DNA of 64,000 nt, taken from Chiloscyllium plagiosum. Lineage: Eukaryota. The position numbers were made by a program, and so were the translations under genes. Numbering within the stretch: position 1 is the stretch's first letter; each line of letters starts with the position of its first letter. Positions 47,900 through 61,263 of this stretch are shown in pieces. The notes under the pieces are model-generated. The model worked only from the letters and a program-made list of their open reading frames with translations, did no database searches and was not told the origin of the DNA. The stretch is from positions 412,399 through 476,398 of the forward strand of contig NC_057755.1 in assembly GCF_004010195.1 (NCBI RefSeq). Direction: 5' to 3'.

Positions 47900-50800
47900 A
47901 AAAGGTCAAACGAACCAAATTTCAAAATGTAGAGGAACAGTGAATTGCAGCACATGTGCAGGAAAGAGAGAGTAAGAAACTCACAGTGCTAACTGACTCA
48001 GGAGTGAACCTGCGCAGTTAATGCTTTTGCTGTTGAATTCATGAATCGCTGGTCATCGGAGTGCATCTGGGAAAATGAACAAACAAAGAAATTCACAACT
48101 GATCATGGGGGAACCAGTTTGGAAGAGATCACAACACTGAAACAGATAAGTGAATAGTTTTAAACGTAACATTGCTGTAAGTCTGCAGTAGTGAGTAGTG
48201 TGGGTGCTTTCGTAATTATGTGATTTGTTGAGATATGTCTCTTGATTAAACTTAAACATAATTATTAAGTTAGCCTGGAGCAGTGTTTCGTAGAGGAAGA
48301 AGACGGTGCTTTTTTTTGTGTCTGCAGATTGGAAGAAGCAAAAATGGCCCTCAGGAGAGTGATATTCTTTTCTTGTCAGATGTGGGAGTTTAGGGAGAGT
48401 TTACGTGTTCCTGAGAATTATATCTGCAAGAAATACCACTGGTTAAAAATCCTATAACATCGAATGGATTGGTTGAAGACAAGATTAGAGGCAATGAGTA
48501 ATTTACGAGAGGAAGGGGGTGTGATGGAAGTCAGATATAGGAAGTGGAAAAAGGTCGCAGATCCAGTCACATAGATTGGTTACCTCCAGGAAAGATAAGG
48601 GAGGTAGGTAGGTACTGCAGGAGTCTTCTGTGGCTATCCCAATTTGGATCAAGTATCCAGTGTTGAAAATGTTGGGGTTACTGAATTATCAGGGGAATAT
48701 AGCACGAACAGTCAAGTTTCTGGTATTGAGACTGGCTCGAATGTAATGAGAGGTGCATTGGGTTCCAAGAGATCGATTATGTTTGATGGTTCTCTAGTCC
48801 GAGGCAGAAACGGACGTTTTTGTGGCCAACGAAAAATCAGAATGGTGCTTTGCTTCATTGGTGCCCATATCAAGGATGTCTCAGAAGGGTGCACAATGTT
48901 CTCAAAGGGGAGAGGGATCAGCAGGAGGTCATTGTACACACTGCAACCAACAAAGTAGGAAGGAAAATGGATGAGATTCTGAGGAGAGAACAGGCAGAGT
49001 TAGGCCGGAATTTTTAAAGGACGTTCTTGACAATAGTAATACCTGAATTACTCTCCGTGCTCCGAGCTATTGACCGTAAGAATAAGACGATAGAGCAGAT
49101 GAATGTTTGGCTGAAGAGCTGGTGCACGGGAAAATAAATCACATTTTTGGATCATTGGAAAAACTTCTGGGATAGAAATGTACTGGACAAGAAGGGCGGA
49201 TTGCACCTGAATTGGAGGGGGACAAATATACTGGCAGGGAGATTTGCTAGAGCTGCTCGGGAAGATTTAAACGAATAACGAGGCGGATGGGACACCAAGG
49301 AACATGGAGAACATCTGACACTGGGACAGTTGAGAAAATAAGCGAGTCAAATAGTCAGGGCAGGCATGGACAAAACAGAGAACAATGTAGGATTGATAAC
49401 TTAAACTGCATTTACTTCAATGCAAAATGACTAACAGTGAAGACAGATGAACTCAGGGCATAGTTAGGAACATGAGACTGGGATATCATAGCAATTACAG
49501 AAACATGGCTCGGGAATGGTCTGGACTGGCAGCTTAATGTTCCAGGATATAAATGTGACAGGGAAGACTGACAGGGGGGCAAGAGAGGAGGGTGAGTGTC
49601 GTTTTGGTAAAGGATAGCATTGTGGGAGGATATTCCAGGAAATACATTCAGGGAAGTTATTTGGATAGAAGTGAGAAATAAGGAAGGGATGATCACCTTA
49701 TTGGGAATGTATTATAGACCCACTAATAATCAATGTAAAATTGAGAAACACGTTTGTAAGGAGACGTCAGAATCTTTAAAAATAATCGAGTGCCTCTAGT
49801 AGGGATTTTAGCATTCCAGACATTGACTGGGACTGACATACTGTTAAGGGTATGGATGGAGGGGAACTTGATAAGCATGTGCAAGAAAAGTTTCTGGCCC
49901 GTCTGTGGATGTACCTCCCAGAGAAGATGCAAAACTTGACCTACGTTTGGGAGATAATGCAGGGCAGGTGACTGAGTTGACAGCGGGGGAGCACTTTGGG
50001 GCCAGCGACATTAATTATTTCAATTTTAAAATAGTGATGGAAAACGATAGGCCAGATCTAAAAGCTGAAGTTAGAAATTGTAGGAAGTCTAATTTTGATG
50101 GTATTAGGCAAGAACTTTCAAAAGCAGATTGGGGGTGCAAGCTCAGAATTAACGTGACGGCTGGAAAATGGGAAGCCTTCAGAAATGAGATAACAAGAAT
50201 CGAGATACAGTATATTACTATTTGGGTGAAAGTAAAGATTGTTAGGCATCGGGAAATCTGGATGACTAAGGAAGTGGAGGGTTTAGTTAAGAAAAAGAAG
50301 GAAGCATATGTCAGGTATGTACAGGATAGATCGAGTGAATCCTTAAAAGAGTATAACGGTAGTTGGAGAATACTTAAGAGGGAAACAGGAGGGTAAAGAG
50401 GGGACATGAGATAGTTTTGGAAACTAGAGTTAAGGAGAATCCAAAGGGTTTTTAAAATACATTAAAGACAAAAAGGTAATTAGGAGAAAATAGGGCTCCT
50501 GAAACGTAAGCACAGCAGCCTTTGTGTGGAGCAGCAGGAGATTGGAGGTATAATAACCGAATATTTTGCATCAGTGTTTTCTGTGCAGAAAGGTATAGGT
50601 GACATCTTGAATATGCCTATATCACAGAGGAGGATGTGCTGGATGTCTTGAATTGCATAAAAGTGAATAAATCACCAGGGCCTGATCAAGTGTAAACTGG
50701 AACTCACTGGGAAGCGAGGGAAGTGATTGCTGGGCCTCTTACTGAGTTATTTGAATCATCAATAGTCACAGGTGAGTTGCCAGAAGACTGGGGGTTGGCT

Positions 50801-52498
50801 ATCGTGGTGCCACTCTTTAAGGAAAGTGGTAAGGAGAAGTCATAGAACTATAGACCAGTGAGCCTGACGTTGGTTGTGGGCAAGTTGTTTGAGGGAATCC
50901 TGAGGGACAGAATGCACATATATTTGGAAAGGCAAGGACTCATTAGGCATAGTGAACATGGCATTATGCATGGAAAATCATGTTTCACCAACTTGATTGA
51001 GTTATTTTGAAGAAGTGACAAAGAGGATTGATGAGAGCAGAGCAGAAGTTGTGATCTATGTGACCTACAGTGAGACATTCGACAAGGTTTCCCATTGGAG
51101 ACTGTTTAGCAAGGTTAGATCTCATAGAATACTGCAAGAACTAATAATTCCAATATAAACCTCGCGCAAAGGTAGAAGACAGAGTGAGATTAGATTACTT
51201 GCAATGTGAAAAAAGGCCCTTCGGCCCAACAAGTCCACACCGACCCTCTGACGAGCAACACACGAGCCCCATTCCCCTACACCTAACACTGCGAGCATTT
51301 TAGCATGACCAATTCATCGAACCTGCACATTTTTGGACTGTGGGAGGAAACTGGAGCACCGAGAGGAAACCCACGCAGACCCACGAGAATGTGCAAACTC
51401 CAAGCAGGCAGTCGCCTGAGGCGGGAACTGAACCCAGGTCCTTGGTGCTCTGAGGCAGCAGTGTTAGCCACCGTGCTGGCGTGCCGTGAGGTGGTGGGAG
51501 AGTTGTTTTCAGACTGGAGATCTGTGACCACAAAGATCGATGCTGGGTCCAGTACTTTTCGTAATTTATATAAATGATTTGGATGTGAGCATAAGAGGTA
51601 TAGTTAGTAAGTTTGAAGATGACACCAAAATTGGATGTGTGGTGGACAGCGAAGAAGGTTATCTCGGTTTACAACAGAATCTTGATCAGATGGGCCAATA
51701 GGCTGATGAGTGGCAAATGGAGATTACTTCAGATAAATGTGAGGTGCTAGTTTTGAGAAGCAAGACTTATAAGTTAATGGTAAGATCTTAGGAGGTGTTG
51801 CTGAACAAAGAGACCTTGGAATGCATGTTCATAGCTCCTTGAAAGTACAGTCGCAGCTAGATGGGATAGCGAAGAAGGCGTTTGGTATTCTCTCCTTTAT
51901 TGGTACAGGAGTTGGGAGGCAATGTTGCGGCTGTACAGGACATTGGTTAGGCCACTTTTGGAACATTGCGTGAAATTCTGCTCTGCTTCCTATTGGAAAA
52001 CTGTTGCGAAACTTGAAAGGGTTCAGAAAAGATTTACAAGGATGTTGCCAGGGCTGGAGGATTTGAGCTATGGGGAGAAGTTGAACAGGCTGGAGCTGTT
52101 GTACCTGAAGCTTCAGAGGCTCAGGCGTGACTTTTTATGGTTTATAAAATAATGAGGACCTGGTTAGGATAAATGGACAAAGACTCTACCCTAGTGCAGA
52201 ACTAGAGTATATATGTTTAGAGTGAGACGAGAAAGATATAAAAGAGACCCAAGGGGACCTTGTTCACGCAGATAGTTGTACGTGTATGGAATGAGCTGCC
52301 AGAGAAAGTGGTGGATTCTAATTCAGTTGAAACATTTAAAAGTCATCCGGATGGGTATGTGAATAGGAAGGGTTTGGAGGGATAGAGACCAGGTGCTGGC
52401 AGGAGATATTAGCTTGTGTTGGGATATCTGGTCGGCATAGACGAGTTGGCCTGAAGGGTGTGTTTCCATGCTTCACATCTCTTTGACTCTTTGACTCC
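47900..52498 (+). mobile_element. Near full-length decayed CR1/HER1 LINE (5' UTR, ORF1 with esterase-like domain, ORF2 EN-RT)
   Basis: ORF1 from ATG 48343 (MALRRVIFFSCQMWE; GSLVRG, CFIGAHIKDV, DHW, GLHLN), ORF2 YFNA, IIAITETWL, RT motifs, tail CTCTTTGACTCTTTGACTCC; many stops. Confidence 0.92.
51189..51485 (-). mobile_element. HE1-type SINE nested in CR1
   Basis: A/B boxes on the minus strand, (AATCT) tail, TSD GTGAG. Confidence 0.9.
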
Positions 52499-52499
52499 A

Positions 52500-54070
52500 A
52501 GTGACCTGTATGAGAAAGACGGATTGAATTGAAAAGGAACTAATTTACTGGCAGGAAGATTTACAAGAGCTGTTCAGGAATATTTGAACCAGTAATGTCG
52601 AAGTCAGCGGTGTGGGCTTTTGGTGTGTGGGGGGAGGGCGTGGTTGGGGGACCCAGGCAGATAGTGAGGAAAGAGATCAATCTAAGAATGATACCATTGA
52701 ATAAAGGAGCTAGTCAAATAGTCAGGGCAGGCAAGAGCAAAGCAGAGAAGGAGGCTCGACTTATAGTTTAAATTGCATTTACAGTATTTCCATATAAGAT
52801 GCCTAATAGGGATGGCAAATGAACTGAGGGCATGGTTAGGAACATTGAACTTTAATATCACAGGAATTACACAGATGTGTTTCAGGGATGGACAGTACTA
52901 GCAGCTTAAAGTTTCAGAATAGAAATGCTGTAGGAAGGAAAGATCGGGGACAAGATGAATGAGGAGTTACGTTTTTGCAAAGGGATAACGTAACGGCTGT
53001 ACTTGGTAGGATTTTTCTGGGAAATAGATGGCGACAGTTTCAAAATTTTCATATTATAGAGGAGGGTGTGTCGGATGTCTTGAAACATATGAAGGTGGAT
53101 AAATCCCCAGGCATGGATCAGGTGTAGCCTCGAGCTCTGTGGAAGTGCTTGCTGGATGTTGACAGTGGGGGATTCGGTGATGATAGTACCATTGAATGAT
53201 TAGTGGCGGTGGTTAGCGTGTCTCTTATTGGTGATGGTCATTGTCTGGCATTTGTGTGGTGCGAATGTTACTTGCCACTTTCCGCCCAAGCCTGGATATT
53301 GTCCAGATCTTTTTGCATTTGACCACGGACTTAAACACTGAACGGTCAGGTCCTGAGGTGTGTGGCTGAACCAGGAGAGCTTGGAGTACAGGTTCGTTTT
53401 TCCTTGAAAGAGGTATCTCAGTCAGAGATGATACTGAAAAAGGTGTTTGGTATGGTCTCCATTATTACTCAGAGCATTGAGTATCGAAGTTGGGAGGGCA
53501 TGTTGCGGCTGCACAGGACGTTGTATAGGACACTTTTGGAATATTGTATGCATTTCTGTTCTCTCCAAACGAGGGCATGGTATGAGACTTGAAAGCGTTC
53601 AGAAAATATTTATAAGGATGTTTCCAGGGTTGGACGGTTTCAGCTGTAGGGAGAGGCTCAATAAGCTGACGATGTTTTCCCGTAGGTTTGCTGGCTGAGC
53701 AGTGACCGTGTGAGGGTTTATAAAATCATGAGGTGCATGGACAGGTTAAATAGATTAAGTATTTTTCCGGGGGTGGTGGAGTGCAGGACGAGAAGGCATA
53801 AATGTATGGTGAGAGTGGAAAGATGCAACATAGATCTAAGGGGCAACTTTTTCACGCAGAGTGTGGTACGTGTATGGAATGAACTGCCAGACGGAGTGAT
53901 GGAGGCTGGAGCAATTTCAATATTGAAAAGATAGCTGAATGTTGAATTGAATAAAAAGGATTGAGAGGATTATGGGTGCAAAGGGACTAGATTGATTTAG
54001 GCTAACTTGTCCACGTGGACAATTTGGGCAATAGGGTCTGCTTCCAAGCTATTTATCTCTCTGATTCTAA
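52500..54070 (+). mobile_element. Internally deleted CR1 containing an antisense LINE piece (53150-53330)
   Basis: ORF1/ORF2 junction, DKSPG, then the 3' end FFTQSVVRVWNELP. Confidence 0.8.
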
Positions 54071-54074
54071 CTCT

Positions 54075-54570
54075 GCCGGGTGTGCGAAGAGCAGTCTAAG
54101 AAATGTTCCATTGTAGATGAATATCAACACTTTAAATCTTTATTTCCTGTTAGAAATAAATCCCTGTCTTTTGGTTGCAGTGATAGGGTCTTGTGCGGGG
54201 AGAAACCTGAGATGATGTTTGAGTTCAGTGACCCATGTTCAGATGAAGATGTTCTGATGAACAGTGATTGCATTCAGTTTGTTTCTCTCCACAGATGCTG
54301 CCATACCTGTTGGGTTTTGCCAGTTACTTCTGACACTGTTTCATTTTTTTTCCAGCATTCAAATCCCTTTCATTTATTTCATTAAAATGCTACATTTCCC
54401 AACCTGCGCCCTAGAAGGAATTCTTAGAATCAGAGGAGCAGACTGTACAGAAGCGATCCTTCATTCCATTCAGTTTGTGCAGTCAAAGCTACACAAAATC
54501 TTCCATCATCCCAGATTCCAGCACTATACTCCAGGTTTCAAATACTATGACGTTTCATGTGTTTATCCAT
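54075..54570 (+). pseudogene. Intron-only remnant of the GPR139-like unit (copy 3)
   Basis: Collinear with ~236-690, with 41300-41780 in reverse and with 61325-61780; no exon 2 follows. Confidence 0.75.
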
Positions 54571-54572
54571 GA

Positions 54573-54692
54573 TTCGGAGATTCCGGTGTTGGACTGGGGT
54601 GTACAAAGTTAAAAATCACGTAACAACAGGTTATAGTCCAAAAGGTTTAATTAGAAGCACACTAGCTTTCGGAGCAATGCTCCTTCACCTGA
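54573..54692 (-). mobile_element. Penelope pLTR end fragment with a broken hammerhead
   Basis: Reverse match to 46180-46288; core reads CAGGUGA instead of CUGAUGA. Confidence 0.85.
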
Positions 54693-54824
54693 TTCTGTCT
54701 CACATATAATCAAAAATAAGAAAAGCGATGTTTCTGCAGCAGCTGTATTATTAAACCTATATCTCATTGAGCATTTTCCAAAAATTAAAGCTAAAATTCC
54801 AGAAGGAATTCTGTCACAACGTCA

Positions 54825-56290
54825 TAGAGTGCTGAAATTGTACTGAACAGAAAAACACCCTTCAACGTTACCCGTTTATGCGAACAGGTATTTTACATTA
54901 ATTTAGCCATATTTGCTAGCATATCGCCCCCATGTCCACCAAAATCTTCCTGTTCGTGTCAACATCCTGATTCCTTTGAAATGTTATGGTTTTCCCAACC
55001 TCCACCACTTCTTCTGGCAACTCAGTCCATACACGCACCAAACGTTGCATGAAAAATTGCCACTTAGATACATTTTATATCTTGCCTATCTCACTTCAAG
55101 ACTATTCCCTCTTGTTTTGTTCTCTCCTATCCTGGGATAAAAGAAGGCACTGACTATTCCCTTTTCTGTGTCTCTATGATTATATAAACGTCTTTAATAT
55201 CAGCTCTCAGCTTCTGATTGTGAAGGGAATAGAGCTTCAACAGATTCCTTCTCTCCCTATTGCACAAAAACACTAATTCCGAAAACATCCATACAAACGT
55301 TTTCTGCACGATTTTGAGATAACTTTTTTTTTAACAGCGAGACCAACATTGAATGCAGTACTCCAAGAGTTGCCTAACCAGTGTCTTGTACAGCGTGATG
55401 AAGCGTTTCCTTTGGCAATGTTAGGTTGGCCTTTTTTTTCTTGGAGCGGTTATGAACACCACAAGGTCCGATCAGCCTGTGTTTGGATGAATTTTAGGGC
55501 CAATTATTTTACAGCTTACAGATGCTCCTCAGGCAGAAGGCATTCAAGTTCTTTTTAAAAACTTGCATAATTTAAGTAGAGTAGCCAGTTGCCTCAGCTC
55601 TGTTCAGCTATTCTTTGGTCTCATCAAATGCAGTGAGGGAGTTTGAGTGAGTGAAGCTGACATTGCTGGAGTCTCTCTCTTTCCCTCTCTAACATAAAGC
55701 TTGTAAGCCCTTGTTTGATTTATATTTTGTGCCAAGGGCTGTGTTTGGAGATTGTTGCAAGTATTTTGGAACAGTATCATTAAGTTGAGACAGTCTGTTG
55801 GCTTTTCAGATATGATAATTTATTCAGTATTCTGTTTTCTGTTCTTTGTATTTCATTCAATGATCTTGTAAATAAATTCTGCTTTGTTTAAAACTTTGTT
55901 TTACAATTCTGCTTAGTTTGACCCAGTAATTCTCTGCTGGAATATCCACGATACACTTGCTTTAAATAAATGCAAAGTTGGGGTCTTCGCTACAGTCTTG
56001 AACTGTTCTGACGTGTCTGGCCTTGTCCATATCAACAGACACAAACTCATTACTAAACTCTGCACTTAATGCACTGATCAATAAAGAGAAGTGCACGAAA
56101 CGCCTTCCCTAATTTCCTATATACCTCTGAACTCATGAGGAATTATAAATCTGTACCCCAAGATCTCTTTGTTGGAAAAGATGCCCTAGGAACCAAGCAT
56201 TCAGCTTGTCTGTCCTGCATTGGTTTACGTCACTAAAATTCAACACCTCATGCTTATCTATATTGAACACTACGTGCAAATCTATGGCCC
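54825..56290 (-). mobile_element. Decayed CR1 3' part split by an LTR
   Basis: Reverse strand FFMQRLVRVWTELPEEVVE; continues after 56038. Confidence 0.75.
55394..56034 (+). mobile_element. Probable solo LTR with 4-bp TSD
   Basis: ACAG at 55390-55393 and 56035-56038; (C)GTGATG...ATCA ends; AATAAA near the 3' end. Confidence 0.65.
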
Positions 56291-57994
56291 ATCATTTTAA
56301 TTTTGCACAGTTAACGTTAGCCCAGCACGACAAGTAATTGTGTGGACTTCTGTGTCCATGCCGCTAAAATGCAGCATAGCATCACCAGAATGAGTAGCAG
56401 TTCAGTCATGAAGGTGAGAAATAACACAAACCCAACGTGATTCTCTTTAAATTACGAAGGATCGGCGTGGTATAAAGTTACCAAAACAATAAGGGAAACA
56501 ACTGACGTGAATATCAGAGGCTTCTTGCACCTCTTTGATCTAGGACGAGTATAATTATCTAACAATCTAGCAATAGTCTGAAATCCTTTCTAAACTAATT
56601 TGAGGGAACAACAGCTCACATATCTCTATGTCTAACTCATTCACCCACTCATTCTCACTCTCTGTTTTTCTCCGTTATCAGTCCTCACACTAAGTCTAAT
56701 TTCCCCATTGTTACTAGGTCTCACGAACAAAACTAATTGGCTCCCACGTAAATAATCACATTTAACAATTATGCATTTTTGCATGTGCCAATCCCTCCCT
56801 TACATCACAACTTACTTCAACTCTTCCATCCCATTGTCAGTCAGTTGTGTTTTGCTTATTCAATGTATGCGTCCAGTACACTGCAGATCACCAATAAATA
56901 TTCACTTCCATGTGCTGCTGTTCAGTCCATTTCTGTTTCAATATCTGCTTCTGTGCATGTCCAATGCACTGCAGGTTGCAGAGAACAATTTACTCCCATC
57001 TGCTGCTTTACGGCTCATATGTGCCTCACTGTTATCTTCTGTACATATTTGGTACATTACAAATATGGAAAATGAATCACCCTCTCTGTACAGTTCACAT
57101 GCATCCCAGAATCAGCTCTAACGCATTTCCAGGAGGTTTCATTCGAGTAGGAGGAACTGTATTAACTGGAGTTTATGAAACCATTGACGATGTCATTTGA
57201 TGAGTTACTTAATTCATTTAAAGCTGGGAATGAGTTTGAGTAGCGATATTGGATTATGATTTTGCATCCAGACAAGGGAAGGAATTCTAGTCAGGTGTCG
57301 AATATGTTAAAACATACAACGTGTCTTCTCAAGTAACCAAATAAACTTCATTTCACGGAGCAGCCACTGGGAAACAAGGAAGCTACAGGCCTGTGTTGAG
57401 AAGGACCATTTTCTGATAAATGCTGAACATCCGAAAGTCAATTACCAAATGTTCGCAATCATATGATGGTTGGTGTTTGGTATGACTGCTAGAGTGTGTG
57501 CATCTTCCAATGTGTGTTAGTGAACAAATGAGATTCAATATTTCTATAAACTTCAAAACGTGTTCTGTCATAACTGGGGTTTAACTCACATTTGTCATCT
57601 GTTTCTTCATATTCTTGAAAAAAAAAACTGTTGAAATGCAATGAGACATTTACCCAGGTGATGTCAGCAGGAAGTGTGAAAGATTTTGGGGGAACAGCAC
57701 CTCGTCGCAGAAAATATTTTGCACAGTCCTTCCAATTGTAACAGTTTCTGGTAAATGCCTTGCACCATTGAATTCGAATGAATCCGTGTGAGCATTATCT
57801 TCGCTTTCACTCTGCAACTGGAAATGATATAGCGGCATGCTGTGACCACCCTCAGATAGGGGCAGACGAGCAGTGATCTCATCTCAGGTTGCAGAGACTC
57901 TGTGGAATCCCCATCATTGCAGTTTCCACAAGAATTGCCAAGGAAAATGAACTTTCCTCTGGATAGTTCATCTCCTCCTGGAACCTTGATGAGA

Positions 57995-58715
57995 AAAATT
58001 GGTGAACAGCGAGATCTGGCAGTTCAGGTCCATTGTACCCTGAAAGTTGCTGCCCAAGTGTATAGAGTAGTCAAGATCGCATATGGCATGCTTGCCTTCA
58101 TCGGAAGGCATATTTACTATAAGAGATGGCAGGTCATGTTAAAATTTTGGATGACGCTGGTTCGGCTGTATTTAGAATACTGTGCACAGATATGGTCGCC
58201 GCATTACCAAAAGGGTATGAATGCTTTGGAGAGGGTGCAGAGAAGGTTTTTGAGGATGTTGCTTGCGATGGAAGGTATGAAGAGAGGTTGAGTAGGTTAG
58301 GTTTGCTTTCATTAGTAAAAATGGAGATTGAGAGGGGACCTTATTGAGATCTACAAAATCATGTCGGGCATAGACAGGTTAGATATAGATAAGCTTGTTC
58401 CCAGGGTGAAGTACTCTGTAATGAGTGGTCACGCTTTCAAGGCGAAAGGTGAAAAATTTAAGGGGGTTACACGCGGCAAGTTCTTTAGACAGACGGTGGT
58501 GGGTGCCTGAAATCATTGCCAGCAGAGGTAGTAGAGGTAGGCACGGTAGATTCATGTAAGGTCCGCCTGGACAGTTGCATGAGTAGGTGGAGAGCAGAGG
58601 GAAACAGATGCTTAGGAGTTGGGCGACAGGTTTACACAGTAGAGTTGGATTGGCTCAGGCTTGGAGGGCCGAAGGACCTGTTCTTAGGCTGTAAATTTTC
58701 CTCGCTCTTTGTTCT
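57995..58715 (+). mobile_element. CR1 LINE 3' fragment
   Basis: EQRDLAVQVH..AYGMLAFI..LEYCAQIWSPHY..LERVQRRF..RGDLIEIYKIM. Confidence 0.9.
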
Positions 58716-60029
58716 TCTGGAATTTTCCATTTCAATCAGAGACTACAAAGAGTTTCAATGGGATTAATTGCAGTAGTCACATTCGATAAATGGGGATTTT
58801 TTTGATGTAAAAATTGCGATAACATTTGTTTCTGGTTTCCCTGCGTGATTAACCGGAAGGTTTCTCTGTGTATTTGCAGCTGACAGGTAACATGCAGGCA
58901 TTTCTGCAACCACAGCAATTTCTTTTAAATATCTCTTTTGCAGAATGGTCATGGGATGAATGTCTGGGTGCTCAAACGAACCTGTGTTTCTTTTCAATTG
59001 CTTGGAGCTCAGCACGGTATTTAGAGAACCTCAAAGGTTTGTTCGTGAATTCTGGGATTTGATCTTAATCATAACACCCTTACCTAAGAAACCTTTCATT
59101 TCATTTTTAACTTTGAGTCATTTATTTTAGTCCGTGGAACAACCTGGAGCTGGATGGATGTATATATCAGTACTCATGAGAAGGGACTGAGAGAAGCATT
59201 CAATTATATTACCTTCGAGTGAAAAGTATGTGTTCATTCATGACCAGAAGTGCTGTGATAACAGGAAGAAAATCAGAAGAGATTACTTAAAGCTGCATGC
59301 ATTGAAGCTCAGCTGTGTTCACTCCCACAAGAAGCTATCATAGTTATGATTTAAATTGCAAGTTGCAAATCGTTTAATCAAGTATAAGACACAGTTATTC
59401 TGGTGTGAATATTATATGAGAAGTGATTTTTTGGAACTCTACTACAAGTGGAGCCTTGTATGCCCGTTGTTTTTCTGTTGAATTTGAAGAATGTTTGGCA
59501 TTAATTAGGATATATGTTTGCTGTGTGCTTATTCCATTTTATCATAATTTCTTTAGCACCAAACTGCTGTTTTGTTATTGAAGTAAAATTTGTTACATTA
59601 TGTATTTATGATTCACCAAGAGATCACGTTGTTCAAAACTGAAACAAACAAGATTGTAATCTATTAAGCTGTATCCATTTCCAGCATTTGATTTGTTCTG
59701 TAATTACATCACCTTTTATAGGAACAGAAGACAGGCTATTAAACACGTAGTCTGACTTCTGAGCTACTGACCTACTGACCCCACAAAGGGTTAGACGTTC
59801 CCAACTGCAGCCGTTAGGATCCATTATTTGTACCAGAATCTGGCCGGAAATCCACAATGGGAATCACTTCCATATTAACTGTTTCCAAAATTACTGCCCC
59901 CTCACTGTGGACGTAACTAAATCTAAAAAAAAAATATCTTGTTCCCTGTAAAATCTGTGACACTGCGATGACATAAAACATTGAGTACCTCTCCGTTACG
60001 GTGTTGTGAACATTGCTCGTCACCGGTTA

Positions 60030-60530
60030 ACACCAGAGACAGAATTTCACTGGAAAGAGTACAGAGAAGATTTACAAGAATGTTGTCCGAGCCTGGCAAT
60101 GACTGAAATATTGGAGGAAGATTGGATAGGCTTATCTTGTTTTCCTGAGAACAGAGGCGATTGAGGGTTGATGTGATCGCAGTACACAAAATAATGAGGG
60201 TATTACGAGAGACCGGTTACCCAGACTGGAGTGGACCACTCACCAAGGGAAATAGAATAAGGTTGATTGCTGGAAGCATTATGGGGGACGATGAGGCGAA
60301 CTCTTTCATCGAGAAGGCGATGGTCTCTCTCGAGTTCACTACCAGTTTTAGGGGGTTTGAGGTGACAACCCTCAACACATTGAAAGGGGGATAATATCTG
60401 CAACTGAAGTGAAGTCACCTTCAAGACAGTGGACTGGGTGCTGAAAATTGGAATTAGAGCAGGTGACTGGTTTACTCAGTTGACTTACAAATGATGGGCT
60501 GAATGAGATGTTTCGATGCCTTAAATATCC
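60030..60530 (+). mobile_element. CR1 LINE 3' fragment
   Basis: LERVQRRFTRML..RVDVIAVHKIMR. Confidence 0.8.
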
Positions 60531-61263
60531 TATTTAACAACAGTGGAAAGTCGGAGGACTGTTAGATTGAATTCACATAGTGGACTGAACGCCTGTTCCT
60601 GTGCCATAACTTTCATATAGTTCCATGAGGTAGGAGGACAGCGGACGAGTGCTGAACTGAAATCCAGAAGGCTGTGGCTTCCTTCCACTTACTCAATGAA
60701 GAAGAGATTATAGCTTACTAATAATTACAGGAAGGAATGAAAAACGTAGAGGATTATAGCTTCCTTATTCTTTACATGAAGGAAAAAAATGAACTAAATT
60801 TAGAGCATAATACCTTATGAATCATACCATTTGGTTAATACAGTTCACCTTGTTTAATTAGAGAGTCAGAGAGTCCGGAATTTTATTAGATTGTAGTTTA
60901 TTGTACACAGACTAGAGCAGTGGCAATCTATGATTCCACAAGTGCACTGTCTGTTTGGATTTTCATTTTTCAATTTATTCATAAAATGTTGACAGGATCA
61001 TTCCAAAAGTATGTGAGTTCGGCAATGAAGAGAAAACAATTCAAAATCACATTATACTCTTTGAGTTTTGCACTCTTTGCTGAGTCAAAATTAGAACGCT
61101 TGCTAAATATGACTAGGGATTTTTGACATTGCAAGACAAGCTATCAGCGTCTGAATGTGTTACCGTGTTCTGCTTATCATGACACAGAGGTCTTAGATAG
61201 TGTCTTGTGCCATTGATGATGAAACTAAATTTTCTCAGCTCTATTATCACTCTGCATCAAACA

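Noticed and set aside
54387..54572. Apparently conserved peptide MLHFPTCALEGILRI.. (similar to 41319-41534) as a GPCR first exon
   Set aside because: It is the antisense of an old CR1 3' tail within the shared intron; the better donor lies upstream.
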